From: Camelus dromedarius
Lineage: Eukaryota
Direction: 5' to 3'
NCBI RefSeq assembly: GCF_036321535.1
Contig: NC_087438.1
Location: 10,914,001-10,978,000 of the forward strand
DNA length: 64,000 nt
Below are positions 10,351-24,005 of this stretch, in pieces; position 1 is the first letter of the stretch; every line of letters starts with the position of its first letter. The notes beneath the pieces are model-generated. The model made no database searches. It was not told where the DNA came from and saw nothing but the letters and a program-made list of their open reading frames with translations. The position numbers and the translations under genes are program-made.

Positions 10351-13300
10351 TCTCCCCCTTTTAACAATATAATGGGAACTTGGACCAAAATCTATGCTGT
10401 CTGAGAACTGAGGTATATTCTTGCCAAAGTGATCCCTCAGCTGGACTAGAAGCTGGCATGGATACTCAGCACATTAGTGGGACATTGCAGTTCCCTCTTT
10501 GAATTACTATTATGCATTCCCGTAAGAGCCTCTGAGAACTGGGAGGGCAGAGGCAACCAGTTTCAAAACGACTTTCTTTGTCAATAAGGAACTTTTCTTG
10601 AAACTAGATGTCTTGGAAGACTACATGTCAGGCTTTATATTTTCCCAATTAACATTTACTTCAGACTTCTTGCCAAAGATGAAAAGATTTGACAAAGTTG
10701 ACTGCCATTGTAATTGTCCCCCTGACCTTTTTCTGAACACAGGAAGTAGGACCATCGATTCAGATTTACGTCAATTTACAAACCAGAGTGGATTATTGCC
10801 TACTAGGTGTATTGCAGAGAAATGAACCTTTAATTGAGGTGACCCAGAAAGGGACGCTATTTCAGCAGAGACCTTCTGCCCCAAGAAATTGGCTTTTAAT
10901 GACCAATTTCCTTTCATGCCAATGCACTAGAGGCAGCTAGGTTCAGGAATTTTTTTTAAGATAATTTTATTCACCTCTGAGAAAGGATAGACACTAATTT
11001 GCTTTTGTGACAGGGAACTGAGAATGCCATAGGTCTGCTAAAAAATGTCAGAAAAGGAAGACAGCATTGTATGTTGTTAACTAATGGAACATCGAAGCAA
11101 TTAAGCTCTTGCCCTTGAAGTTCCCTTATTACAGATTAGCTTATACTGCTAAGACTTATAAAATGACTGCAGACACAAGCTCATGAGAAATGATAATCAC
11201 TGACTGCCATTGTTATATGCCGTATGTTTCTCCTGCTTTGGGACCGTTGGTCTCCTCTTCCTGTTACATTCATGGATTCTGCAAAAACTGACACCTGTAA
11301 AATAGCCCATTTGAAAACTAGTGTTAATTTGAAATTTTTGTTTCTGGTTTGTATCTTTCCATTTTGTATTCTCCTAGGATACTTAGTAAGAATGTGTCAT
11401 CATAATCAAGTTGTGGAACTACTTTCCTGTATGATTTAAAGAAATCGTGCCCACTATTTTATAGTTACTACCCATGTGGTGGGACCATCATCTAATGACT
11501 CTTCATGTTTAAGGAAAGAAAGAAGGCAGGTTTATTGCATTTGAAATAGGCTGAAGAGCAAGGGATTATTTAAATTATAATGATGTTCTTATACTGACCC
11601 CTTGTGTGACCTAAAGAAAGTAAAGGGACACACAAATTACAGCAAAGAGAGCAGCCTGCTAATAAAACAATTGATATTTAAATATACTCATCAAACAAAG
11701 ACTCTTTCTGAAGGAGGTTCTGTGTGTAAATATAATGGTGGTAATCTTGCTTTGATACCCTTCTAATTGAAATGTGATTACTTTTTTCTTCTAACACTCA
11801 CTCTCTTAAAGGAGTGGATGGAATAAGGGATGAAAGAAGTACAATGAATAATTTATTTTAATGAGCCTTTAAAATAGAAATTTCTAAATGCCACATATTC
11901 GTCATAGTGAAGCACATTATGAATCACAAATAGATTTCCCTTTGGAAATGCTTATTTTAAAAAACTAATATACAGATAAAAATAAGCATCCTTTTGCATC
12001 AGTCTTGGCAATAACAATCCAGGATTAAAATCAGAAATCTCTTTGTTTGAAAGGAACCCTGAACACATGCAGATGTTGGCAGATAGAAAGTGTAGGGAGT
12101 ATCAGTTTGCGGACAAACCATATTAACCCCACCCACCTCTTGAAAAATTGTTTTATTTTGATATCCCAAAGAGCAAGCCCTTTTCACTGGTGAGTGCAGT
12201 CATCACCACAATAGCTAAACATGCAGGGAACACATCAGACTGAAAAAATAAACATCAATTTCCTTGCAAAAATCAGTGAGACTGTGCCCATTCTATTTTG
12301 CAAAGGGAAGTCAGTGACCTTTAGCAGGGAGTGTTTCATTCCTGGTTGTAATTACTTCTTTCTTTCAATCTTATATTCTAAACTTTTAGGTTTGAAAAAA
12401 GCAACACATGAGAAAATGAAACTGTGCTGCAAAGTTGGCTAGTGTCTTGAAATCTGGGGATATCAGAAAACCCAGAAGTGGGCTGCCCATGGTAGCATGG
12501 CAAACATGCATTGGGATACTCAACCCTCCCCCATCCCCTCCCCAGGGAGTTTCCTGGGGTTAGGGGATGAGGGAGACTTACAATACTAGTAATCCAAACA
12601 TATTTGCTTCCCCCAAAAGAAGTTTTCATAACAACAATCACAAGCCCTGTTAACTGCCCAAAGTGTGTCTGTTAAAGGAAATTTATCTTTATTGAACCAT
12701 TTCCCATTTCTTTCTTTGAAGATCACTGTTTTGTTCCTCATATTCAGAGAAGCAGTGTAGGAAAAGCAATGGTATTTTACAAGTCTTAGGTGAGTTACTT
12801 TAAAACAAGGAGGTTATGTGCAGGAAACCCCCTAGTGGGAACCTCTGCTTGGATGTTGCAGGGCCTTTGATCTCTCTCCTCTCTGCTCTGTTGGAGAAGA
12901 GGCTGCTCCCAGCTCCTGCTGACCCAGCTATGTTCTCAGCCATAGCAATATTTTGATACCTGTGGTTTTCTGGCCTCTAGAGGTTGTGTGTTTGGCGATG
13001 GGGAGGGTGAGGGAGCAGGCAGCAGATCAAGGAGTTTTGCTTGAGATGTGGAATTGAAATCTAGGGGTAAAGTCTGAGAAGTCTGCTAGTCTTAGACCTG
13101 GCTTGCTGACCTCTTGTCTCTACTATATAGTAAGCCTCCAGTACTGCTAGTTTGGAGTCTGCTTTCCGAAGAAAATTCAGACCAAGATGAACAAAGACAC
13201 ACAGCTTAATGAAAGATAATGATGAAGTGAATAATCCTAAGTGTATTTAAGTAGTAACATAAAACTAAACGTATTTAAACCAGACTCAATCAAGCATTTG

Positions 13301-13776
13301 AAAAGATCATTAAATACCTACAGGTTCATTTGTCTATCTCAAACCTGTCTCAAGACTATATTGTCAAAATATTAACTAAAGTTACATGAACTCACACAAA
13401 ATAATCCTAGGAGACATTTTTTACCGTAAGTCAAGTAATACCTTCAGTTCTTGTTTATACATGGTTCTCTTGGAGTAAGAACTTTCTCCATGTTTCAACC
13501 CAAACCAGTTAATAGGGGCCAACTGGTGGCAGAAATCCTGGCCAAGGGAAGAGGGGAGAGTTCTTAATTACTTCCACTGCCAGGAAGAGTTAGGAAAATC
13601 AAGGCTTTGAAGGTAAAAGGGTCACCTCACATTAAGATGAACACTGTCTTGGAAATAGAGAGGTGGTTGCTCTTTGATTTCATTTGTATAAGATAAGTTG
13701 TATTCCCAGAATATTTAAAATAATGTCATATTACACTGCAGTGATTTTTGGAAACCATAGCTTCAGTTAGCTATCT

Positions 13777-15456
13777 TTTTTTTCTTTTTTCTTTTTTTAG
13801 TTGAGGTATAGCTGATTTACAGTATTATGTTAATTTCAGGTGTACAACATAGTGATTCAAAGTTTTCATGGATTATACTCCATTTAAAGTTATTGTAAAA
13901 TATTGGCTATATTCCCTATGCTGTACAATATATCATTGTATCTTATTTATTTTATACATAGTAGTTTGTGCTTCTTAATTTCCTACCCCTATCATGCCCC
14001 TTCCCTCTTCCCTCTTCCACTGGTAACCACTAGTTTGTTCTTTATATCTGTGAGTCTGATTCTGCTTTGTAATATTCATTCACTTATTTTATTTTCTTAG
14101 ATTTCACATATAAGTGATAACATAGAGTATTTGTCTTTCTCTGTCTGACTCATTTCAGTAAACTTAATACCCTCCAGGTCTATCCATGTTGTTGCAAATG
14201 GCAGAATTTCATTTTTTATGGCTGAGTAGTATTCCACTGTATATATTTATGTGTGTGTGTGTGTGTATAATCACATCTTCTTTATCCATTAATCTGTTAA
14301 TGGCCACTAGGTTGGTTCCATACTTTGGCAATTGTAAATAATGATGCTATGAACATTGGGGTGTATGTATCTTTTCAAATTAGTGTTTTTGTTTTTTCAG
14401 ATATATACCCAGGAGTGGAATTGCTAGCTCATGTGGTAGTTCTATTTTTACTTTTTTGAGAAACCTCCATACTGTCTTCCACAGCAGCTGTACCAACTTA
14501 CATTCCAATCAATGATGTATGAGGGTTCCCTTTTCTCCACATCCTTGCCAATACTTTTTATTTCTTCTTTTTGACAATATTCATTCTGACAGGTGTGAGG
14601 TACTAACTCATTGTGATTTTGATGTGCATTTCCCTGATGATTAGTGATGTTGAGCATCTTTTCATGTGCCTGTTGGCCATGTGCACTCTTTTACATGCAG
14701 CTGTCCAGTTTTCCCAGCACCACTTATTGAAGAGATTGTCTTTTCTCCATTGTATATTCTTGCCTCCTTTATCATAGATTAATTGACCACAAGTGTGTGG
14801 GTTTATTTATGGGCTATCTATTCTGTTCCATTGATCTATGTGCCTGTTTTGTGTCAGTAGCATATTATTTTGATAATTGTGGCTCTGTCGTATAGTCTTA
14901 AGTCAGGGAGTATGATACCTCCAGTTTTGTTCTTTCTCAAGATTGCTTTGGCTACTTAGGGTCTTTTATATTTCCATACAAATTTTAGAAGTATTGCTTC
15001 CAGTCCTGTGAAAAATGCCACTGTTATTTTGATAGAGATTGTATTGACTCTGTAGATTGCCTTGGGTAGTATGGTCATTTTAACAATATTAATTCTTCCA
15101 ATCCATGAATAGGCTTTATCTTTCTGTTTCTGTCATCTTCAGTTTCTTTCATCAGTGTCTTATAGCTTTCTAAGTACAGGTCGTTTATCTCCTTAGTTAG
15201 ATTTATTCCTAGGTACTTTATTCTTTTTGATGTGGCCATAAATGGGATTGACTCCTTAATTTACATTTCTGATAGCTCATTGTTCTTGTATAGAAATACA
15301 ACAGATTTCTGTACACTAATTTTGCAACTTTCCGGAATTCATTGATGAACTGTAGTAGTTAATGTTTTCTATGTGTAGTTATCATGTCATCTGCAAACAG
15401 TGACACTTTTCTTCTTCCTTTCCAATTTATTTATTTTTCTTATCTGATTGCTGTGG
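13777..15456 (-). mobile_element. 5'-truncated L1 (L1MA9/cetartiodactyl-type) with internal deletion near 14683
   Basis: Poly-T start, 3' UTR, then ORF2 C-term and RT-region antisense sequence. TSD cagttagctatct (13764-13776) vs cagttatctatat (15457-15469), 11/13. Confidence 0.92.
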
Positions 15457-16039
15457 CAGTTATCTATATTTGAACACATTCGAGGTTCTGTTAATTTTGT
15501 AACTATGGAAATTCATCCACATAAGAAAGTATTTGCTAAGGGGATCTGGGACCCCTCTAGATGGTTACATAGCATAATACAGAAAGAAGAATGCATGCAC
15601 AGCTATTTGTTAAGCAAATATTGTTTAGTTTCAGGCAAGTTTATTGGTAACAAGATTTTATTTACTATGTCAATTTAAGCTTCTTTCTCTGGCAATAAAC
15701 AATGCTTAATTTTTTAGCTTTAGACTTAAAATTTCTACTATCAATTTTTGAATAGTCTTTGAATTCTCTTCAATACATTGTATACTATGCTCAATTGTTC
15801 ATTTGTTCATTCATTCATTCTTTTCCATTATTCATCACATGCCCTTAGATAAGAACAGAAACCATCCTATCCCTGCTGTTGAGGAATCCACTATCTAGAA
15901 AGTTTGCTGATGAATGATTTACTATAATACATCTACAAATGACAATAAGAGGGCTTGAAATACACACTTAAGGCCAGAAGAATTAACACAGTAAATCAAA
16001 TTGGAAAATGAAAAGGTTGATGAATCCTGAAGTGTGTGC

Positions 16040-16150
16040 GAGTAGCTTGGAAGATCTTCGAAGGCAAAAATCTCATATTCTTATTCTGAATTCCTCAAAA
16101 CAACTGGAGCATGTTTGGTGGATATTCATCTTATGCTTGTTAAATGAATT
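16040..16150 (+). mobile_element. L2 3' tail fragment
   Basis: tagcttggaagatcttcgaaggcaaaaatctc...atgcttgttaaatgaat resembles the L2 terminus. Confidence 0.5.
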
Positions 16151-17429
16151 CCACATATTAAAATGTTAAAAGGCAACAGACCATAAACTGCTGTCCCGTT
16201 GGCTTGTTGTTGAGACACATTGAATTCAGAATATTTTGACAGAAGATTAAGTGCTATATGATTCTTCAGTTTCCATCCTCCATCTATTTTCAGTTATTTT
16301 CATTATATTACCCACATCTCTCAAGAGTTCAATTCTTTCTACTTCTGTTTCATTGTTCTAGACAGTTTTTTACACTTTAGAAATGTTCAGCAGAGTGTTT
16401 TGTTAATTCACTATTTTTCAAGTAAGATTAATTTTCACATTTCCCACAGGTTCAGTCTTTAATTTTCTACATTATATGAGTAGAAAAATATAGCAACAAT
16501 GGGTAGATGAGGTTTTCAATCACAAGATTTGGGGCCAAGTTGATGGAATATAGAAGGAAAAAAATCTCTCTCTTTTTCTCTCTCTCTCCCACCCTCTTTC
16601 TTGCTGTCTCATAAACACCAGTAGTGTGCTTTAGGAATACTTGTAGGTAGCTCTAAAATATAAACCAAAACCCAAGGAGTAAGCAAGCTAAGGAGTCTAC
16701 AAATAATTAAGCAGAAAAAACCAAGCTCTACCATCCTCAGTGGATTTGTTAAATGTGTATGTTTCCTCCAGTCTTGGGCCCAAACTTCTCTTTATTATTC
16801 CTCAAAGAAGCATTTTTTGATTTTATGAGATAAAGTTGTTTATTTCCTCAACACTTCTGTTTGTGACTGGGCAAAAAGTTCATCTCTAGCTCTTTGGAGA
16901 AGATTGTTGAAACCCATTTGAAAAAGCCACTTAATTGACTCATCCTGGGAAAAGCAGCAACTCTTTCTAGAGTACTCAGAGTGGCCTTAGGGATTTTATT
17001 TATTATAGTTCTACAGAGTACATGTCAATCCAGAAGGCTTAAATTTAGTTATCTACACAAAAGAAAATCCCTTAAGTAGAGTATTTCCTTTTGTTAATGC
17101 TAAGTGAAGAAAATAGAAGGTGGTCAGTCTTTTTGCTGTGGGATAAATTACAAGGTGGAAGAAAACTGTCTAAGTAACTCAGGAAATTTAGTAGTCACAT
17201 AGGGACTGGCTCAGAGTTGTCAACATGGTCTTAAAGAGAGACATTCTGAACTTTGAACTTTGAGGCTTACTAAAGATGCTTTCATTTCTAAGAAGGCACT
17301 TCACTTTTGCTCTTTTTTTGGCATGGCTGTTTATATCTTTCTGCCATTTTTTCTCCTTGTCTTAATGAGCATGTACCTCAAGAGTGCCACACTTTATAGC
17401 TACTGGCTTTATGTTATTACTCCTTCATT

Positions 17430-19390
17430 TCCCTTACAAAATTTCTCAAAACTGTCTATTCCCTCATCTTCCATTCACTCTCAATTCATTACAGTCGGAC
17501 TTCTTCTTTCACTCTTCTACTAATACATTAACTTCCGTGGGGAAAAACCAACAAAAACTCAAAAAAGTTTTTTTAAGTTGTATATTATTTTCCTTTAAAA
17601 GATCTTAAAGGCTAAATAGCTTTGAATTTTGAACAAGTGCTCACCCACTGATGTCAAGTCAAAGAGAAAATGGTTTTTTAATTTTTTTTTAAGGAAGGAA
17701 ACAAACAGCTTCTGCAAGATGGAGAAAATTTCATGCCTAGACTCTCTTTCCTAGAGAAGCAGCAGTGGTGTTGCAGAGAAAAAATACAATTTTATTGAAG
17801 AAGCTTAGGTCTTTTGGGTAAACCTTTGAAGAGAGACAATGGAAAATGACAATCAAATGGCTTATTCTAAGATCCCACCTTACTTGGTATTTCTGTGTTT
17901 TCCCACACTCTTGTCCCCTATCTTTATCTGGCAGCCTTCTCCCATGACTCTTCACCCTCACTGACTTTCTCACAGCAGGACCTTTTGGCTCTCCACCTGC
18001 TCCCTCTCAGTCATCTTCTCAGCTCATTTAGTCTCATCTCAGCCTTCAGTGACAGGATTCTCCAGGACCTGATTTCAGTTCTCTCTGCCATGCATATCCA
18101 CCCTTATGCCTCAACTACTGCCCACAGGCTATTGGCTCCCAGTCACTCTTTCCATACCTGATCCCTCCTCTGAGCTCAAGACCCACATTTCCATTTTTCC
18201 AAGGCCAATCTCAACTTACTTTTCTCTCTTGGGCACCTTAAACTTAACAGGTTATAACTAGTCTTTTACTCCCCTCCACTCCCCTCCCCCAAACTGTGTT
18301 ACTCCCTGTATAAACTGCCCCTGAAATTGGAATCATGTTGCCTTGATGTCTTCTTTCACACCCTCATCCTCCATATCCAATCATCCTCAAATCCTTATCA
18401 GGTCTACTTCCTAAATAGCTGCTCTATCTGTTCTCTTTATTCTCGTAACCACTCACCACCTGTCATTGGGCCACTGAAATTGTCTCTTGCCTACTTCCCC
18501 TCTCCCTGTCTTCTTTCTTCTCCACATTTCTCCAAATAGGTAATAGCTTAATTTTTTAATGGAAAAAATTACTACATAAAAATTACTACCTAAAAATCTG
18601 ACAGTGGCTTTCAGTCACTCTAAAACCTAAGATAAATTCAATATTTTAGCTTGTCATATAAGAACTTACAAACTCTGGCTCCAGGTTGCTTGGCAAGCTT
18701 TGTTTTCTACAGGGTCTTTCTCTGCACCAAGTCAAACATGCCAGGATCCCTTTTGACTTCTTGCCTTTTCCTTCACTTGGAACTTCCCTTTGATTGTGTA
18801 ATTGAAGACTGACTACCTGTCCAACAAGATGAAATGTGGACCTTGTAATGGCTTTTCTCAATCTTCTTTCATTCCACAGGTTTTGATCCATACCTCTGTT
18901 ATAACACCGTAGAAGATGCTGAGGATATCTCATCTGTAACCAAAGGAAGCCTGAAATTACAGTTAACCCATCTGACATAGATTCCTGGTTTTACCACTTC
19001 TCTAAGTGTGATCATGGATAAGACATGTAACTTATTTTAAAGACAGAGTTAATAATAAACCACCTAATTTGTGAGGAATAAATAATGTGAAAGGAGTTTA
19101 TAAACACTGGCTTTTTGTAAATATGCTATTGTTTGCTATCCTTGAACAATTTTTACTCATATGTACTCTTCTCTTTCTAGGCTTCAGCAGCTACTTTATT
19201 TTTGCGGAGTGGCAGAAAAGTATGTTATTTACCATATTTCACTCTTGCTACTGTTGTTCCTATACTTGACTCTTTTTACCTACTGGATTATATGTTCCTG
19301 GGCCTGGAGACCATGTCATATTCATCATTGCAAACCTTACACTGTCTAGAATTTATAAGAAGCTTATTTAATATTTGGTGATTGAATATG
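17430..19390 (+). mobile_element. Fragmented L2 (ORF2 3' half to tail), interrupted by MIR
   Basis: Pyrimidine-rich L2 blocks: cctcctctgagctcaagacccacatttcca, cacaccctcatcctccatatccaatcatcc, and tail tttaatatttggtgattgaat. Confidence 0.7.
18975..19130 (+). mobile_element. MIR SINE
   Basis: gattcctggttttaccacttctctaagtgtgatcatggataagac...ttgtgaggaataaataatgtgaaag. Confidence 0.65.
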
Positions 19391-19455
19391 AACCCTATAT
19401 TAAATTATTAGAATTAGTGAATATTAGAACTACTGCATTTTTCTATCCTTTAAGC

Positions 19456-19648
19456 CAGCAGTTCTCACCCAGAGGTGATTTTTGACCCAGGGGACATTTG
19501 GTAAATGTAAAGACGTTTTCATTGTCCCCACTGGGAGTTGAGAGGATGCCATGAAGTTTAGTGGATGGAGGCCAGGGATGCTGCCAACACGCTACAACAA
19601 GGAATTTTCCAGTTCAAATGCCAGTAGTGATGAGGTTGAGAAATCCTG
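19456..19648 (+). mobile_element. MER20 (hAT-Charlie MITE)
   Basis: TIRs cagcagttctca / tgagaaatcctg. Internal ccaggggacatttgg...gaggccagggatgctgc. 8-bp TSD ctttaagc / ctttacac (6/8). Confidence 0.9.
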
Positions 19649-22600
19649 CTTTACACTAAAAAGATTATCTACAAGAATAGCCATCTTGGCCAAAATAGGC
19701 TTGTGCTACTAATAATAACCAGAAATATGAAATAAATATTACTTAACTAGGTCCAATATTTCATCAGAAAAATAGCTCTGACATCTTGGGGGATTTCTGA
19801 AAGTTTTGCTTTGAGAATTTTTCTAAGATTTCTTTTTCTTTCTTCCTGGTATGAATTTTTATTATCCTCATAGTTCATCTCAACTTACAGGATAATTTCA
19901 ATAGTGTAATACTTCACTTGCTTTAAAAATTTGGTTTAATATTTCATAAAAAATGGCAAACAGATCCCAACTTTGCATATATTTTTAAAAAGTAATGTCA
20001 ATGTTTTCAATAGCCAGTGTTTAACTTTTAGAAGTATAATCATAGAATAAAATATTCCTATGAGTATGTTTAATTTTTTATTATTCAAACATTATTTTGC
20101 AATTGAGGAATTAAATGTAAAGGGTATGCTAAGGATAAAGAAATAGGGAAAATACTCTTTATGTTTGTTTAAGACCTAAGATATCCATTTACTACTTCAT
20201 CGATCTTAGGCAAGTTATGGTAATGGGAAAGCAGTGACAGGATGGTTAGCTTGGAAATCTGAGAAGCTGTGGCAAGATTCTTTTAAACTAGAAAAAGGAC
20301 TTTTACTCTATTGACTTTCTTCCTTGCCACCTTTCTTCTCAGTTGTTAAGGGTGCGGCACAGCCCGAAAACCAGCCTGATCGTTAGCTTGTACTACACAG
20401 CAATGTAGTCCAGTAGAACTCCAGGGAATGCGAGAGCTGTGACATTTCTGCCATCTTCCTGCTGAGACATTGCCCTGCTGTATCTTTTGACACTGAGATT
20501 GTATAGGAGAATAAGAGTACGAATTCGTTTTCCACATAGAGAGGTTAAGTTTTCACCTCCTTTCTCTCAGTTTGACAACACACATAATTTTTCTAGTCCT
20601 CCTTTTTTAAAAAATGAGAATAATAGCAATATTAATACTAATACTTATCCTTCATAAGTGGAACTACTGGTTTGTGGGTCAGGTTTAATTATGTTTATGG
20701 CTTTTTGAAAGCGAGTGCACCATAAAAATGGTATACGTTGTTGTGTAATGAGTACGCACTTGAGTTTGAGGAGAGACACAAAGATTTTTAAAGCTTTTAG
20801 ATGTGGCCTCTTTTTCTAACAGTATGACAGTAAGTGACAATTGTCCTTCTGGAGGATCCCGGGAGTTGTTGTGTTTGGCCGCTGTCCTTGAAGGTAGGGC
20901 AAGCTGTTTGTGAGGAGAAGTTGATAGAAAATGTGCTAAACCAACCCTCTCTTTTTTTAACTTCAAAAATCAGACTCTAATTATAGATATCTTTTCCATA
21001 TTGAACCACCACTAATTTAACCAAAAACATGTGTATGTAACAAAAGAACTCGTAAAAGGAACATTTGAGGTTTCACATGGATTTCTGTAAAAGACAAACA
21101 CAGTAAAATCACAGAATTGGCTGATGGACGTTCTGCTACACTAAAGCTATAAAGGTTTTATTGAATCTTTGGGACTTATAACATCCATTCATCCTTTAAG
21201 AGAAACTAAAGGTCTTAATCCGTAGAGGATCTTTCCCCTGCTTCCCAGAGAAACAAATCCTCCCACCTTGAATGGCCCAGTGCAGAGCTTTCTGGAACCT
21301 GGTGTGATTTGCATTTCTGATCTCCATCCAACCCTGCATCGTTTGTGCTAAGGAGAGTTTTCAACCCTGTCGCTGAGCTATGACTTGATATTAAGCACTT
21401 AGCACTGAAGCTATTGCAGTATGTTTCCGATGAGAAAAGTGTCCATTTTGCAACTTATCCCGGAAAGATGCTAATAATGCCAAGAACACTAAATAGACGT
21501 TCACCAAATACCGTAAATTTGACTCACACTCAAAATTAAAATGCTCAGAGTATGACACCCAGAGACCACTTGTTATCCAAGGCTGACAAATGGACTTGCA
21601 GTCCAAGGCCCCATGGAAAAGCCTTCTGTGTTTTAGAGTGATATTGAGAAAAATTATTCAATAAGTTGAATTCAATAAACACTTCCCTTACCTTGATGCA
21701 GCCTACTTACACATTCCTATTTCCTTTGTCTCTTCTCATAAACAGTTAAGAGGAGCCTTTGAGAAGTCAGGCAAACCAATACGCTAGACCATGGATCATA
21801 GGGGCCATCAGCTAGCCAAGACAGAAAATGTCTGTTGTAATGTTATGCTTCTTGGAAATGAGATAAGAAAGTGGACAATGTCTACTACATAGTTATATAA
21901 GTCTTTTGTAAATTATAGGAGCCCAGGTTATGCATGTCCATAGTCCTGAGCACAACAGCTTCTTATGAAACAAACAGAGAAGACAGAGATTTCTGGGAGA
22001 AGATGACTTTTTCTTTTCATTTTGGATTCAAGGTATTTGGAGGTACTACTTTATTTTGTATCATTAAAATTCTATCATGGTAAAAAAAGTAATTGTGAAG
22101 GCATCACCTACAACGATCACTGGATTATCGGGTGATACGCATGCTAGTTATTTTGTAGGATGTTATTATTATTTCTGGGCTAAATATTTTTAGCAAGCAT
22201 TAATTAGAAAGAAATATCTGGGTAAAGGTGGCAGAATAATTCAGGATCACAAACATTTTCCCAATATCTATGAAAATAAATTTGTTAAAGTTTTAAAAAT
22301 AGCTAAAATCTACTAGTAGTAACTGAAATAGGGAACATACACAATTTTATGGTAAAATCTTCAAAATGTGTTATCATAGGAAAGCACAACAAATGGTTCT
22401 GATGGGTATGAGCAACAGCCAGACCGATAGCCATAAGCAGTACTAAGGAAAGAACGATAATCAACAAAACGTTTTGACATTTCATCTGTATAGGGGTAAT
22501 TGGTTTTCTATAATCAAAGGATTGAACAAATGGAACAGAAAAATGCATATAGGTGCAATGCAGGAAACTTTCCCTAAATAAAGGAAGAAATAAACTGTGT

Positions 22601-22671
22601 GTGAAAATGGCATGTGGTATACAAGGAAAATTTGATAAAGAAGAGTTTACATGGAAATGTTATTCCAAATA

Positions 22672-22894
22672 TAGTTGACCCTTCCTTGAACAACATGGTT
22701 TTGAACTCTGAGGGTTCACTCATATGCAGATTTTTTTCAATAGTAAATAACAACAGTTGGTAGCACCTGTTCATGCAGAACCATGGATATGGAGCAACCA
22801 GGTACAGGAAGGACCAGCCACAAATTATATGTGGGTTTTCCAATGGGGAGTCATCTTCCCTAACCCCTTTCCTGAATTGTTCAAAGGTCAACTG
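22672..22894 (+). mobile_element. Tigger2-derived MITE (TcMar-Tigger; MER8/Tigger2a-like)
   Basis: TIRs (t)agttgaccctt..gaacaa and ttgttcaaaggtcaactg. Internal tttgaactctgagggttcactcatatgcagattttt. Confidence 0.85.
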
Positions 22895-22899
22895 GAAAA

Positions 22900-23381
22900 G
22901 CCAAGACCTTCAGTTGCCTCAAGGCCTTATGTGACATTTGTCTCCATTTTCTCTCTGACCACATCTTTTACTTATTCTTGGTATTACCGTCTCTGCACTG
23001 GCTGTACTTGCTTCCTCACTGTTATTGAACACACCACGGTAGGAGGCTAATGGCTCATGATCTTTGTCTGGAAGGCTCCTCACCAGGTAGGCACATGCCC
23101 AGATTCTTTACCCCCATGAAGTCTTTGTTGAAATGTCACTTGTCCAGTAAGTGTTAAAATTGACACATAATATCCAGCTCTTTCTGTGCTATTTTCCTGC
23201 TTGAGTTTCTCCATAGCAGTTACTACCTTCCAACATATTATGTAATTTACTTTTCATTTTAGTTTTATGCATCCCCACTTCTATGTATGTGACCTGACAA
23301 CAAGGTTTTTTTTTTTTTTTTTACTACTTTATTTCAGTGCTAAGAAAAATGACCAGCATATTGTAAATGACCAATAAATAC
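22900..23381 (+). mobile_element. L2a 3' end; the tail continues after the LTR at 24006-24022
   Basis: gtctggaaggctcctc...gtctttgttgaaatgtcac...ccaataaata|LTR|atatctatgaaatgaat. Confidence 0.75.
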
Positions 23382-24005
23382 TAAAACTGAGCAGAACCCT
23401 TTTGGACCCTCTTTGGTATATGAGGCTCCCGCATTCCTTTGTCTCTTGAAGTAAAAGGCTTTGCTTCACGCCTCCCCTGAGTCTCAAAAGGCTGGCTCAA
23501 GAGTTAATAATTAGGAAAATGTGAACATGTGATAACAAAGAATAGCTGTTGTGTTGGGAAATTGGTAACAATTTAAACAATAGATCAGCCCTGTAGCAGA
23601 GTCCCAGGACCTTAGTTACTCCCTAAAGGACATAGATAATGATGTCTGATGCACATTTCTAAGTGGTCTTTACAGAAACCAGACCCCTCCCCCAATATGG
23701 ACACTGCTGATCACAATCATGTAGACTCCAGACCATTTGGGACCAGAAGGTTGATGAGTAAGACTCCTGAAACATCACCCTGTTACCTCCACACCAACAA
23801 ATCAGAAGAATGTCCATGAGCTGATCAAGCACCCTGCAACTCACACCCCTAATGTTGCCTTTAAAACCCCTTCCCTGAAGGCCGTCAAGGAGTTCAGGTC
23901 ATTTGAGCGCTAGCTTTCCATTCTCCTTACTTGGGTCCCTGCAATAAAGGCTGTACTTTTCTTCCGCACCTTGGGTGAGCAGACCAAAATCCAGGTTCAG
24001 TAACA
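23382..24005 (+). mobile_element. ERV1-like solo LTR (about 624 bp)
   Basis: Ends ...ggttcagtaaCA. TATA-like TTTAAAA at 23860 and AATAAA at 23943. 4-bp TSD atac/atat. Cleanly splits an L2 tail. Confidence 0.8.

Noticed and set aside
20823..20829. 7-nt microexon (aacag|TATGACA|gtaagt)
   Set aside because: Frame-shifting length and no host gene identified. Kept only as an alternative donor for the 20823 acceptor.
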